The notes under the pieces: generated by a model | Told to the model about the DNA's origin: nothing | Database searches by the model: none | Seen by the model: the letters and a program-made list of their open reading frames with translations, nothing else | Origin: Prevotella sp. | GTDB taxonomy: Bacteria; Bacteroidota; Bacteroidia; Bacteroidales; Bacteroidaceae | NCBI GenBank assembly: GCA_017471465.1 | Contig: JAFUTI010000017.1 | Location: 7,996 to 71,995, forward strand | Direction of reading: 5' to 3' | DNA: 64,000 nucleotides | In this document: positions 10,656 through 20,017 of the stretch, piece after piece | Layout of the letters: every line of letters begins with the position of its first letter | How positions within the stretch are numbered: the stretch's first letter is position 1 | Translations under genes and position numbers: made by a program

Positions 10656-13600
10656 ATGAAGAAGTATATCATTTCTTTCGCCATGCTGCTGGCTGCTGCT
10701 TCGCTGGCAGCTCAGGAAAATACGAAAACGGTGACAGGACAGGTCGTCGACGCTGCCACGGGCAAGCCGCTGGCCGGTGTCATCGTGTCGGCCTACGACA
10801 ACCAGCGCCTGACAACTATGACCGACGAGGATGGTAAGTACGAACTGAAGGTGCCCGAGGATACACGCTCCATCCTGTTGCGTGTCGACGGCTACAACCT
10901 GCAGCAGCGCGCCATCAGAGGCCAGAAGGCCGACGTCCGTCTCTACAGCAACGCTTTTAGCGAGACCTACAGCCGCACCACGTCGGCCAACATTGCTGCC
11001 GAGGCCATCCATTTTGATAACAATGCCGAACTGAGCATCGACCCGCTGATTGCACAGCAGCTCGGTGCCGATATGCGTATGGTGAACCGCAGCGGTACCC
11101 CCGGCTTGGGCAACACGATGCTCATCGAAGGTATCAACTCCCTCAACGCCAACGCCCAGCCTTTGGTGGTGGTGGATGACGTCATCATGGACATGCAGTA
11201 CAACCGTACGATGCTCCACGACGGCTATTTCAACAACATCCTGGCCAACCTCAATGTTAACGACATCGAGAGCGTCAAGGTGCTCAAGAACGGTACGGCC
11301 CTCTACGGTGCCAAGGGTGCCAACGGCGTCGTCTTCATCAAGACGAAACGTAACAAGTCAATGGCTACCAAGATTGACGTGAACATCAACGGCCGCTACC
11401 AGCTGAGACCCCGTCTGCCCAAGATGCTGGGTGCCGAGGACTTCCGCCTCTACACCACGGAGCTGCTGACGGGCAACATCGACCCCGCTTCCATGAGCAG
11501 TATGCGCTACCTGAACAACGAGGCGCCGACCGCTACCAGCAAGGGCTATCTCTACTACAACGAGTTCCACAACGACACCGACTGGACAGACGAGGTCTAT
11601 GAGAACGCTTTCTCGCAGAACTACGGCATCAACGTCCAGGGTGGTGACAATGTCGCTTCCTACAACCTGTCGGTGGGCTATTCGCTGGGTAACAGCACGT
11701 TGAAGAGCAACGACTACTCGCGCTTCAACATGCGACTGAACTCCGACATCACTATCACCAACAAGCTCGATGTCCGCTTCGACGCCAGCTACAGTGACGT
11801 CGACCGCGACCTCCGCGACGATGGCGCACCTGAGAATCCCCTCGGTACGGTCATCACCTCGCCGGGCTTCCTCGGACTGGCCAAGGCTCCTTTCCTGTCG
11901 CCTTACGCCTTCGACAACCACGGTAAGATCAGCCACTTCCTGGCTGCTGCCGACGACTATCTCGAGGGCAAGTTCCAGGGACGTTGCAGTCTGGCTAACC
12001 CCTCGAGCATCCTCGAATACGGCGATGGCAGAAACCGTAACTCTTTCGGTAACCGTCTGGTGATGTTCTCCGTCATGCCGAAGTTCCAGTTCAACAAGCA
12101 CCTGTCGTTGAGTGAGCACTTTACGCTGGCTCTCGTCAATACCAACGAGAACTACTACCTGCCTATCCAGGGCGTGCCTAACTTCATCGTTGAAGGACTC
12201 GACGAGGACACTCGTCTTCAGAACATCGCACAGAGTCTGGCTTCGCGCGAGACTTCTATTCAGAGCGATACCCGTGTGACGTGGCAGAACAAGTACAATC
12301 TCCACAACATCAGCTTCAAGGGTGGTATGCGCTACCTGAGCAACGACCTGAGCAGCACCTCACAGTCGGGTTACAACTCTGGTAACGACAAGACCCCGAA
12401 CATGAGCACCTCGCTGAAGTTCAAGACCACCGACGGCGCCGACGACCAGACACGTGAGATTACGTGGTACGGACTGGCTGACTACAACTTCGGCGACCGC
12501 TACTATGTCAGCGCAGGCCTCTCGGCACAGGCTTCGTCACGCTTCGGTGAGGATGCCTCTGGCCTGAAGCTCTTCAACACCGTCTGGGGACTTTTCCCCA
12601 GTGTCGGCGCTGCCTGGGTGATGACCAACGAGCGCTGGCTGGCCGGCATCCCCGGTATTGACTACCTGCGTCTGAACGTCGGCTTCGACGTTACCGGTAA
12701 CGACGACATCAACTACACGGCTTCGCGTTCCTATTTCGTTGCCAAGCGTATGCTGCGCTCCGACGACGAGAAGGACGGCGTGGTAGGTCTGTCCATTGGC
12801 AACATCGGCAATACCGACCTGCAGTGGGAGACCACCAAGCGACTGACTGCCGGCTTCGATGGCAACTTCATCGACAACCGCGTCCGCGTCCGCTTCAACT
12901 ACTTCAAGAGCTGGACATCCAATCTCCTGTCGTTCAGCCAGCTGTCGTGGACCAGTGGTCTGAGCCAGAACTGGTGTAACAACGGTAAGCTCGAGAACGA
13001 GGGCTTCGATGTCAACCTCGGCATCAAGGTGCTCGCCCTGAAGGACTTCAGCTGGGAGCTTGGCGCTTCGGCAGGCCACTATAAGAATAAGGTGACCGCA
13101 CTGCCCGATAACGACCGTACCATTGAGACCAACATCTACGGTGCTACCATTCAGACGAAGGTCGGTCAGCCCGTGGGACTGTTCTACGGCTATCAGACAA
13201 ATGGTGTCTATACCACGACGCAGGCTGCTACGGCTGATGCCAAGTACATCGTCAAGCAGAATGGTGACCGTCAGTATTTCGAGGCTGGCGATGTCAACTT
13301 CTCTGACAATGACGGTAATGGTGAGATCAACGATGCCGACCGTGTGATTATCGGCGACCCTAACCCCGACGTCTATGGTAACATCAGTAGCACGTTCAAG
13401 TACAAGAACGTGACACTCAGCGCTATTATGAACTATTCGCTCGGCAATGATGTCTACAACTACCAGCGCTCGCTGTTAGAGGGCGGTACCTACTTCCTCA
13501 ACCAAACCACGGCCATGCAGAACCGTTGGACCACCGAGGGACAGCAGACCGACATCCCCCGTGCCAGCTTCCGCGACCCGATGGGCAACTCACGCTTCAG

Positions 13601-13853
13601 CGACCGCTGGATTGAGGACGGCTCATACCTGCGCCTGGCTTCCGTCACGCTGAGCTACTACCTGCCCATCCAGAGCACTTACCTGCAGGGTCTCACCATC
13701 TGGGGCAACGCCTCCAACCTCTTCACGATAACCCGTTACCTGGGTAGTGACCCCTCTTGCGCTATGAGCAGCAATGTGCTCGCACAGGGTATCGACCGCG
13801 GACTCTTAGGCAGCGGACGCTCCTTCTCATTTGGTGTTAACATCAACCTCTAA
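10656..13853 (+). CDS. susC: SusC/RagA-family TonB-dependent transporter (second copy)
   Basis: TVTGQVVDAATGKPLAGV, PLVVVDDV, DIESVKVLKNGTALYGAKGANGVVFIKTKR, DLQWETT, IIGDPNPD and EDGSYLRL. Confidence 0.95.
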   Translation: MKKYIISFAMLLAAASLAAQENTKTVTGQVVDAATGKPLAGVIVSAYDNQRLTTMTDEDGKYELKVPEDTRSILLRVDGYNLQQRAIRGQKADVRLYSNAFSETYSRTTSANIAAEAIHFDNNAELSIDPLIAQQLGADMRMVNRSGTPGLGNTMLIEGINSLNANAQPLVVVDDVIMDMQYNRTMLHDGYFNNILANLNVNDIESVKVLKNGTALYGAKGANGVVFIKTKRNKSMATKIDVNINGRYQLRPRLPKMLGAEDFRLYTTELLTGNIDPASMSSMRYLNNEAPTATSKGYLYYNEFHNDTDWTDEVYENAFSQNYGINVQGGDNVASYNLSVGYSLGNSTLKSNDYSRFNMRLNSDITITNKLDVRFDASYSDVDRDLRDDGAPENPLGTVITSPGFLGLAKAPFLSPYAFDNHGKISHFLAAADDYLEGKFQGRCSLANPSSILEYGDGRNRNSFGNRLVMFSVMPKFQFNKHLSLSEHFTLALVNTNENYYLPIQGVPNFIVEGLDEDTRLQNIAQSLASRETSIQSDTRVTWQNKYNLHNISFKGGMRYLSNDLSSTSQSGYNSGNDKTPNMSTSLKFKTTDGADDQTREITWYGLADYNFGDRYYVSAGLSAQASSRFGEDASGLKLFNTVWGLFPSVGAAWVMTNERWLAGIPGIDYLRLNVGFDVTGNDDINYTASRSYFVAKRMLRSDDEKDGVVGLSIGNIGNTDLQWETTKRLTAGFDGNFIDNRVRVRFNYFKSWTSNLLSFSQLSWTSGLSQNWCNNGKLENEGFDVNLGIKVLALKDFSWELGASAGHYKNKVTALPDNDRTIETNIYGATIQTKVGQPVGLFYGYQTNGVYTTTQAATADAKYIVKQNGDRQYFEAGDVNFSDNDGNGEINDADRVIIGDPNPDVYGNISSTFKYKNVTLSAIMNYSLGNDVYNYQRSLLEGGTYFLNQTTAMQNRWTTEGQQTDIPRASFRDPMGNSRFSDRWIEDGSYLRLASVTLSYYLPIQSTYLQGLTIWGNASNLFTITRYLGSDPSCAMSSNVLAQGIDRGLLGSGRSFSFGVNINL

Positions 13854-13886
13854 TCACGTAGAACTTATAATATAGAATATAGGATT

Positions 13887-15578
13887 ATGAATATCAAGAA
13901 AATAGCCCTCATGTTGGTCGTAGGCTGCGGTACTACCGCAGCACTCACCAGCTGCTCCGACATACTAGAGACAGAGTCCGAACTGGTGGAGTACGAGAAG
14001 GACAACACCCTCAATCATCCTACCGACTCGGTCTACAGCGTCATGGGCATCATCAACAAGATGCAGTACATTGCCGACCGCATCGTGCTGCTGGGCGAGG
14101 TACGTTCCGACCTGGTCAACGTCAACGAAGCTGCCTCGGCTGACCTGAAGCGTCTGGCCGCCTTCGACTTCTCACAGAGTAACAAGTACAATGAGGTCAG
14201 TGCCTACTATGCCGTCATCAACAACTGCAACTACTACCTGGCTCACGTCGACACTGCCCTGCAGCGTCGCGGCAAGAAAGTCTTCGCCAATGAGTATGCT
14301 GCCGTGAAGACGTTCCGCGCATGGACTTACCTTGAGCTGGTCAAGGCTTACGGCGAGGTACCCCTGGTGACGACGCCGATGATGACCGAGCGCGAGGCCG
14401 CTGCTGCCGTGGCTGGTCCCCGTTCTGACATCAAGACCGTCTGCAACTTCTTCATCAACGACCTGACGCCGTATGCCTATGTCGACATACCCAACTATCG
14501 CGGACTTGTCATGGACGAGTTCTTCATTCCCACCCGTGCCCTCCTTGGCGACCTCTGCCTCTGGGCCGGCCGCTATGAGGAAGCTGCGAAGTGGTATTCC
14601 GACTACCTGAACGACAGGAACGATCCCATCTTCCTGAACCAGTCCAACCGCTCGACATGGACCAGTCCGACGTCGTACACTACGCCTTCGCGTCGCTATA
14701 CGCTCTCATCTGCCGAGATACTCAGCTACATCCCGATGGAGACGCGTGTCTTCGACGGCGTTATCAGCGACCTGCCGAATATCTATAACTCTACCACTGA
14801 CAATCGCTATTTCTTCCAGATGGTGCCCTCGACAGGTCTCAAGCGCCTGTCGGCCAGCCAGAACTACACCATGGCCTACGAGACGACGACCGGTGTTGAT
14901 ACCATCGCCGTACCACACACTGGCATGAGCGACGAGTTGTATGTCGGCGACCTGCGTCTCTGCTCGGTCTACAGCCAGTACACGAGTGGTTCACAGGATC
15001 CCTACAGCGAGTATTCGTCGACGCTGCAGACTATCGACAAGATCTGGGGCGGTCAGGTCGTCACCTACCGCAGCCCGATGGTGTACCTGCGCTTTGCCGA
15101 GGCCCTCAACCGTGCCGGCTATCCGCAGTCGGCCATGCTGATTCTCAAGCACGGCCTGTGCAACGAGAACGCCAAGAAGTATGTCGACACCCTTGAGTAT
15201 GCTGCCTCTAAGCAGTACATCACTTTTGACGAGACCATCTTCAAGCGCGAGAACGTCCGCGGCATCCACACCCGTGGCTCCGGCGACGCTGAGTGCGACA
15301 CGCTCTACGACGTGCCCCTGCCGGCTACACCACTGGCTACCCGTCAGGACACCATCGCCTACCAGATACCCCTGGTCGAGGATATGATTATCAACGAGAT
15401 GGCATTGGAAGGCTTCTTCGAGGGATATCGCTTCTATGACCTGATGCGTGTGGCCCTGCGCCGTGACGATCCTGCCTATCTGGCCGACCCCGTGTCGCGC
15501 CGCAATGGCGAGGCTGATGCATCGCTCCGTGCGTTGCTTATGGACAGGAAAAACTGGTATCTGCCCCTTCCCGAGTAA
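13887..15578 (+). CDS. susD: SusD/RagB-family lipoprotein (second copy)
   Basis: Lipobox LTSC-SDIL, YAVINNCN, RAWTYLELVKAYGEVP, YLRFAEALNR and EGYRFYDLMR. Confidence 0.92.
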   Translation: MNIKKIALMLVVGCGTTAALTSCSDILETESELVEYEKDNTLNHPTDSVYSVMGIINKMQYIADRIVLLGEVRSDLVNVNEAASADLKRLAAFDFSQSNKYNEVSAYYAVINNCNYYLAHVDTALQRRGKKVFANEYAAVKTFRAWTYLELVKAYGEVPLVTTPMMTEREAAAAVAGPRSDIKTVCNFFINDLTPYAYVDIPNYRGLVMDEFFIPTRALLGDLCLWAGRYEEAAKWYSDYLNDRNDPIFLNQSNRSTWTSPTSYTTPSRRYTLSSAEILSYIPMETRVFDGVISDLPNIYNSTTDNRYFFQMVPSTGLKRLSASQNYTMAYETTTGVDTIAVPHTGMSDELYVGDLRLCSVYSQYTSGSQDPYSEYSSTLQTIDKIWGGQVVTYRSPMVYLRFAEALNRAGYPQSAMLILKHGLCNENAKKYVDTLEYAASKQYITFDETIFKRENVRGIHTRGSGDAECDTLYDVPLPATPLATRQDTIAYQIPLVEDMIINEMALEGFFEGYRFYDLMRVALRRDDPAYLADPVSRRNGEADASLRALLMDRKNWYLPLPE

Positions 15579-15591
15579 GAAAAATGACTAT

Positions 15592-15657
15592 TCTTACAAA
15601 AACGAAACGACACGAAACATACGTGATAGCTTGATTGCGTAAAAATGCGTACCTTTG
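15592..15657 (+). promoter_or_regulatory. Direct-repeat operator plus Bacteroidota -7 promoter of the candidate sRNA
   Basis: TCTTACA-N14-CGAAACA (15592-15619), 30 nt spacer, TACCTTTG (15650-15657). Confidence 0.72.
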
Positions 15658-15660
15658 CAT

Positions 15661-15835
15661 CGTGAACAGAAGAAAAGCGATTCTTCACAGTTTTGACAAG
15701 CAAAAGATTATTCATACGCATAAGGTTATTAGTAAGTAGTTATAGTTAGTAGTTAGTTTTTGTAGAAAGAATTAGTTTATTGTCAACTAATCAAAAACGG
15801 TCGCCCGTATGAGAATACCGGTGACCGTTTTTCTG
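15661..15835 (+). ncRNA. Candidate small regulatory RNA (~170 nt)
   Basis: Lies between its own promoter and an intrinsic terminator. It has a 5' hairpin (gaagaa..ttcttc), a U/A/G-rich central tract and no credible ORF apart from a leaderless 25-codon GTG frame. The ends are estimates. Confidence 0.55.
15793..15832 (+). terminator. Intrinsic terminator with GAGA tetraloop
   Basis: aaaaacggtcgcc-c-gtat-GAGA-atac-c-ggtgaccgttttt. Confidence 0.8.
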
Positions 15836-15845
15836 CTTTTCTCAT

Positions 15846-15914
15846 TGAGACAAAATGAAAAATAAAAGAAACATCTCTTTTTTTTTGTCAAAATAAAAAT
15901 ATAATGTATCTTTG
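15846..15914 (+). promoter_or_regulatory. Operator plus promoter of the HTCS gene (possible autoregulation)
   Basis: TGAGACA-N14-AGAAACA (15846-15873), 33 nt spacer containing a T9 run, TATCTTTG (15907-15914). Confidence 0.7.
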
Positions 15915-15948
15915 CATGCTGAAACTATTACAAACTATTAACTATACG

Positions 15949-18900
15949 ATGAAACGAACTATACTATTTATACTGACGGTGTTCTTGCTGTCTGGTCGTC
16001 TCACGGCTCAGACCGGACACTTCATCCCCTCCGATTTCTTTTCCAGCGGTTTGATCAACAGTCTCTGCCAGGATAAGTATGGCAGCATCTGGATTGCCAC
16101 CGACTACGGTCTGAACCGCTACGACGGTTATCACTTCCGCATGTTCCTCCATGACGATACCGACGAGTGGAGCATCTGCGACAATGGTGCCGTCATCCTG
16201 CTTTGCGACAAGAAGGGACGAGTCTGGGTGGGCACCGTCCACGGTCTCGACCGTTATGACGAGGCTGCTGCCGGCTTTATCCATTTCACGTTCCCGAACA
16301 ATCTGAAACCGCGTGTCAGCAGCCTGCTGCAGCTTGCCGACGGGCGCATCTTTGTGGGAACGGCGGGCTATGGCGGCTTCCTCATCGATGATAACGGGGA
16401 TGTGAAACCGGCAGAAGGTTTCGCCGACGCTGCCAACAACAACTATTTCAGCCGTGTCTTCGAGGACTCGAAGGGACGTTTCTGGAAGTCGGCTTCGGGC
16501 AATACCGTTGTCATGAAATCGGGCAACCACTTCCGCCATTTTGAGTCGAAAGGAGAGCCCCAGGGCTTCGTCGAGCGCGATGGCGAGGTGTATATCGTTG
16601 GCCTGCGTGGCATCACCTGTTTCCGCGACGACTCCATATCGGATACCGACATCGACATGAGTGCCCTTGCCGGCAAGGAGATTCTCTTCAATAGCGTAGA
16701 AAAGGATAAGAACGATGTTATATATATAGGTACGCGAGGCCATGGTATGTTCCGTATCGTCAAGGGTAGTCACCGGCTGGAGCGCTTTGAGCCCACCATA
16801 TTCGGTGCTGATATGAATACTGCTAAGATACGTGGCATCCTCTCTGACAGGACCGGCAACCTCTGGATAGGTCTGCAGCGAAAGGGCCTGGCGCTCATCC
16901 CCCAGCGGCCGATGCAGTTCAGCAGCTGGAGCTTCCAGAACCAAAAGGTCAGCGTCAGCTCACCCATCACGTCGGTCTGCGAGGGCGACGGGGGCCTCAC
17001 GTGGTGCAGCGTCCAGGGTGTGGGCGTCTACGGTTTCGATGCCGACGGCCGCATCGTGGCTCGTCCTTCGGCTCCCGATGCTATAGAGTTCATCTTCCGC
17101 GACCAGCAGAAGCGCTACTGGATTGGTACCGACGATGCACTCTACGCCTACAACCCGCTGACAGGAGCGTCGCAACAGAAGGTCACGTTCGACTGTGACC
17201 GCTTCAACGACATGACCAGCGACGCCCAGGGCAATATCTACATCTCGACATTCTCCCGCGGCTTCTGTGTCTACAACCCGCAGACCGGCGAACTGAAGAA
17301 TTTCCGCAACGTGGGGCAGGACACCATCAAGAAGGGACACCTCTGCAATGACTGGGTGATGTGTATGGCTTCCGATCGCGAGGGCGTTGTCTGGATGGGC
17401 ACTGCCTCAGGCGTCTCCTGCTATGACCCCCGCACAGGCAGCTTCCTCAGTCACGGCTGGAACCAACTGCTCAACGGCATCATCTGTTTCTCCATCTGCG
17501 AGTTGCGCGACGGCAATATTGCCATAGGCACCGATCGCGGCCTCTACCTCTACAACCATAAGAAACGTACCGTCAGCCTTTTCCCCGAAGCCGACCAGCT
17601 TAGGAACAAGACCGTGAACTATATCGTTCAGTCGAACGACGGCGACATCTGGTGCTCTACGTCGATGGGTATCTGGCAGTATGTTGCCAACAAGAAATCC
17701 TTCATCGGCCATATCGGTGATAACGGCCTGACGACGAAGGAATATCTTTACGGCGTGGGCATGCATACGGCCAACGACGTCGTCTATTTTGGCAACAACG
17801 ACGGCCTGACCGTCTTCTCACCGGGCGACATCAAGTCGGAGCGTACAAAGCCAGCACCTTTGAGCCTCTCGTCATTCTCCGTCGGCAACCAGTCGGTTAA
17901 CACGCGTACCGTGCTTAACGGCGTGCAGATAACGGAAAAAGCCGTCGTTGAGAGCAACTACTTCACTCTAAGCTACCTCGACCATACCGTCACCCTGGCT
18001 TTCTCGCAGTTCAACTTCGACAACCCGATGAACAGCATCTATGAGTACCGCATCAACAACGGTGAGTGGATTTCCAACCCGCCGGGCAAGAACGACTTCA
18101 CCCTGAATCATCTGCAACCAGGCACCTACCGTATTGCCGTGCGTGCCTCCGTCGGACAGGGCGACTACACCCCCGAGAAGGTTATCGTCGTCACCGTCCG
18201 TGCTCCCTGGTACCGTTCGCTGCTCGCCTACTTCATCTATTTTGCCATCTTTGTGGCGTTGGCCACCTATATCTTCCTGACCTATCGGCGCCGTGCCAAC
18301 GAACAGCTCAACGAGGAGAAGATGAAGTTCCTTATCAACGCTACGCACGACATACGCTCGCCGCTGACGCTCATCATGTCGCCCCTTGCCAACCTGCGCC
18401 GCCGTCTGAACGACGACCAGAAAGATGCTCGGCGCGACGTTGACACCATCGAGCATAACGCCCAGCGCATACTCAACCTTGTCAACCAGATTCTCGACGT
18501 CCGTAAGATTGACAAGCAGCAGATGCACCTCCACTGTGAAAAGACCGACCTTGTCCCCTTTGTGGCAGGCATCAGCAAGATGTTCGAGTACAACGCCCGG
18601 GAGCGCAATATCGACTTCCGCTTCCTCCACGACGGTCTCGACAAGCTCGACGTGTGGATCGACCGCGGGCAGTTCGACAAGGTCGTCACCAACCTTTTGT
18701 CGAACGCCTTCAAGTACAGTGGCGATGGCGGTGCCATCACTGTCAGTCTGTCTGCCGATTCCAGCAATGCTGTCGTCAGTGTCGAAGACAACGGTATAGG
18801 ACTCGACAACGACACCCTTCGCCACGTCTTTGAGCGTTTCTATCAGGGCAGTAACTCACGGCGTATGCATATTGACGGTACCGGCATCGGTCTGAATCTC

Positions 18901-19839
18901 TGTAAGATGATTGTCGACATGCATCATGGCACCATCACTGCCATGAATCGTCCTGACGGTCAGCACGGCTCCGTCTTCACGGTGAAGCTGCCGTTAGGCA
19001 ACGCCCATCTCAATACTGATGAGATAGAAACCGCAGCAGCAGAACAGCCACAGGTGGCCGCTGGTTCCAGCAGTGCCCGCTACCGTGTACTGATTGTCGA
19101 CGACGACCAGGAGATAGGGCGCTATATCAGTTCGGAACTTGGTCATTACTATAAGTTCGGCATCTGTTCCAACGGCCGTGAGGGTCTGAAGGAGTTGCTC
19201 ACCAATCCCTACGATCTCGTCATCAGCGATGTCATGATGCCCGAGATGGACGGTTTCACCATGCTCCGCATGATTAAGACCAACCTCAACATCTCGCATC
19301 TGCCTGTCATCATGCTCACCTCCAAGGCCGATGTCGGCAATCGTCTCGAAGGTCTTGAGCGCGGTGCCGATGCCTTCCTGGCAAAGCCTTTTGACATGGA
19401 GGAGCTTCACATGAACATCGAGAACCTCATCCACTCGCGACTCCATCTCAAGGGTAAGTTCAGCGGAGCCCAGCAGCAGACGGAACTCCTGGAACAGCCT
19501 GAGGTGAAGGGCAACGACGAGGTGCTCATGGAGCGCATCATGAAGGTTGTCAACAAGAACCTGTCTAACAGCGACTTCAACGTCGACATGCTCACCCAGG
19601 AGGTGGGTATCAGCCGTGCCCAGCTGCATCGTAAGATGAAGGAGATGACCGGTATCTCCACCAGCGAGTTCATCCGTAACATCCGTCTGGAGCAAGCAGC
19701 CCGCCTGCTGAAGGAGCAGAAGGTGAACATCACGCAGGTAGCCTATACCGTCGGCTTCTCCAACCTCGCCCACTTCTCCACCGTCTTCCGTAAGCACTTC
19801 GGCGTGTCGCCATCGGAATATGCTGAGCGCGAGAGGTGA
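15949..19839 (+). CDS. Hybrid two-component system (beta-propeller sensor, Y_Y_Y, HisKA, HATPase, REC, AraC HTH)
   Basis: Repeats such as QDKYGSIWIATDYGLNRYDG, a TM helix, THDIRSPLTLI, NLLSNAFKY, GTGIGL, ISDVMMPEMDG and VAYTVGFSNLAHFSTVFRKHFGVSPSEY. Start moved to ATG 15949 because 15904 lies upstream of the promoter box. Confidence 0.96.
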   Translation: MKRTILFILTVFLLSGRLTAQTGHFIPSDFFSSGLINSLCQDKYGSIWIATDYGLNRYDGYHFRMFLHDDTDEWSICDNGAVILLCDKKGRVWVGTVHGLDRYDEAAAGFIHFTFPNNLKPRVSSLLQLADGRIFVGTAGYGGFLIDDNGDVKPAEGFADAANNNYFSRVFEDSKGRFWKSASGNTVVMKSGNHFRHFESKGEPQGFVERDGEVYIVGLRGITCFRDDSISDTDIDMSALAGKEILFNSVEKDKNDVIYIGTRGHGMFRIVKGSHRLERFEPTIFGADMNTAKIRGILSDRTGNLWIGLQRKGLALIPQRPMQFSSWSFQNQKVSVSSPITSVCEGDGGLTWCSVQGVGVYGFDADGRIVARPSAPDAIEFIFRDQQKRYWIGTDDALYAYNPLTGASQQKVTFDCDRFNDMTSDAQGNIYISTFSRGFCVYNPQTGELKNFRNVGQDTIKKGHLCNDWVMCMASDREGVVWMGTASGVSCYDPRTGSFLSHGWNQLLNGIICFSICELRDGNIAIGTDRGLYLYNHKKRTVSLFPEADQLRNKTVNYIVQSNDGDIWCSTSMGIWQYVANKKSFIGHIGDNGLTTKEYLYGVGMHTANDVVYFGNNDGLTVFSPGDIKSERTKPAPLSLSSFSVGNQSVNTRTVLNGVQITEKAVVESNYFTLSYLDHTVTLAFSQFNFDNPMNSIYEYRINNGEWISNPPGKNDFTLNHLQPGTYRIAVRASVGQGDYTPEKVIVVTVRAPWYRSLLAYFIYFAIFVALATYIFLTYRRRANEQLNEEKMKFLINATHDIRSPLTLIMSPLANLRRRLNDDQKDARRDVDTIEHNAQRILNLVNQILDVRKIDKQQMHLHCEKTDLVPFVAGISKMFEYNARERNIDFRFLHDGLDKLDVWIDRGQFDKVVTNLLSNAFKYSGDGGAITVSLSADSSNAVVSVEDNGIGLDNDTLRHVFERFYQGSNSRRMHIDGTGIGLNLCKMIVDMHHGTITAMNRPDGQHGSVFTVKLPLGNAHLNTDEIETAAAEQPQVAAGSSSARYRVLIVDDDQEIGRYISSELGHYYKFGICSNGREGLKELLTNPYDLVISDVMMPEMDGFTMLRMIKTNLNISHLPVIMLTSKADVGNRLEGLERGADAFLAKPFDMEELHMNIENLIHSRLHLKGKFSGAQQQTELLEQPEVKGNDEVLMERIMKVVNKNLSNSDFNVDMLTQEVGISRAQLHRKMKEMTGISTSEFIRNIRLEQAARLLKEQKVNITQVAYTVGFSNLAHFSTVFRKHFGVSPSEYAERER

Positions 19840-19901
19840 CCGATAGGCTCGGGCCCTTTCCGCCAGTGGTCTTGGGGCAGAACCGTCGGACAATTTGCAA
19901 A

Positions 19902-19967
19902 TGACACAAAAATGAAAAGAGAAGAAACGGAACGTAAAGCCCGTTTCTTCTCTTTATTATACCTTTG
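19902..19967 (+). promoter_or_regulatory. Operator plus -7 promoter
   Basis: TGACACA-N14-AGAAACG (19902-19929), 30 nt spacer, TACCTTTG (19960-19967). Confidence 0.78.
19916..19955 (+). terminator. Hairpin/terminator after the HTCS gene, overlapping the operator
   Basis: 15-bp perfect inverted repeat aaagagaagaaacgg / ccgtttcttctcttt. Confidence 0.65.
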
Positions 19968-20017
19968 CACCCAGAAAGTGATTATTAACCTATTTAATTA
20001 ATTAAAATTTTTAGCTT

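Noticed and set aside
15661-15835. Riboswitch or attenuator leader of the HTCS
   Set aside because: The HTCS has its own operator and -7 box downstream of the terminator, and no known aptamer consensus was recognised. Kept as an sRNA candidate instead.
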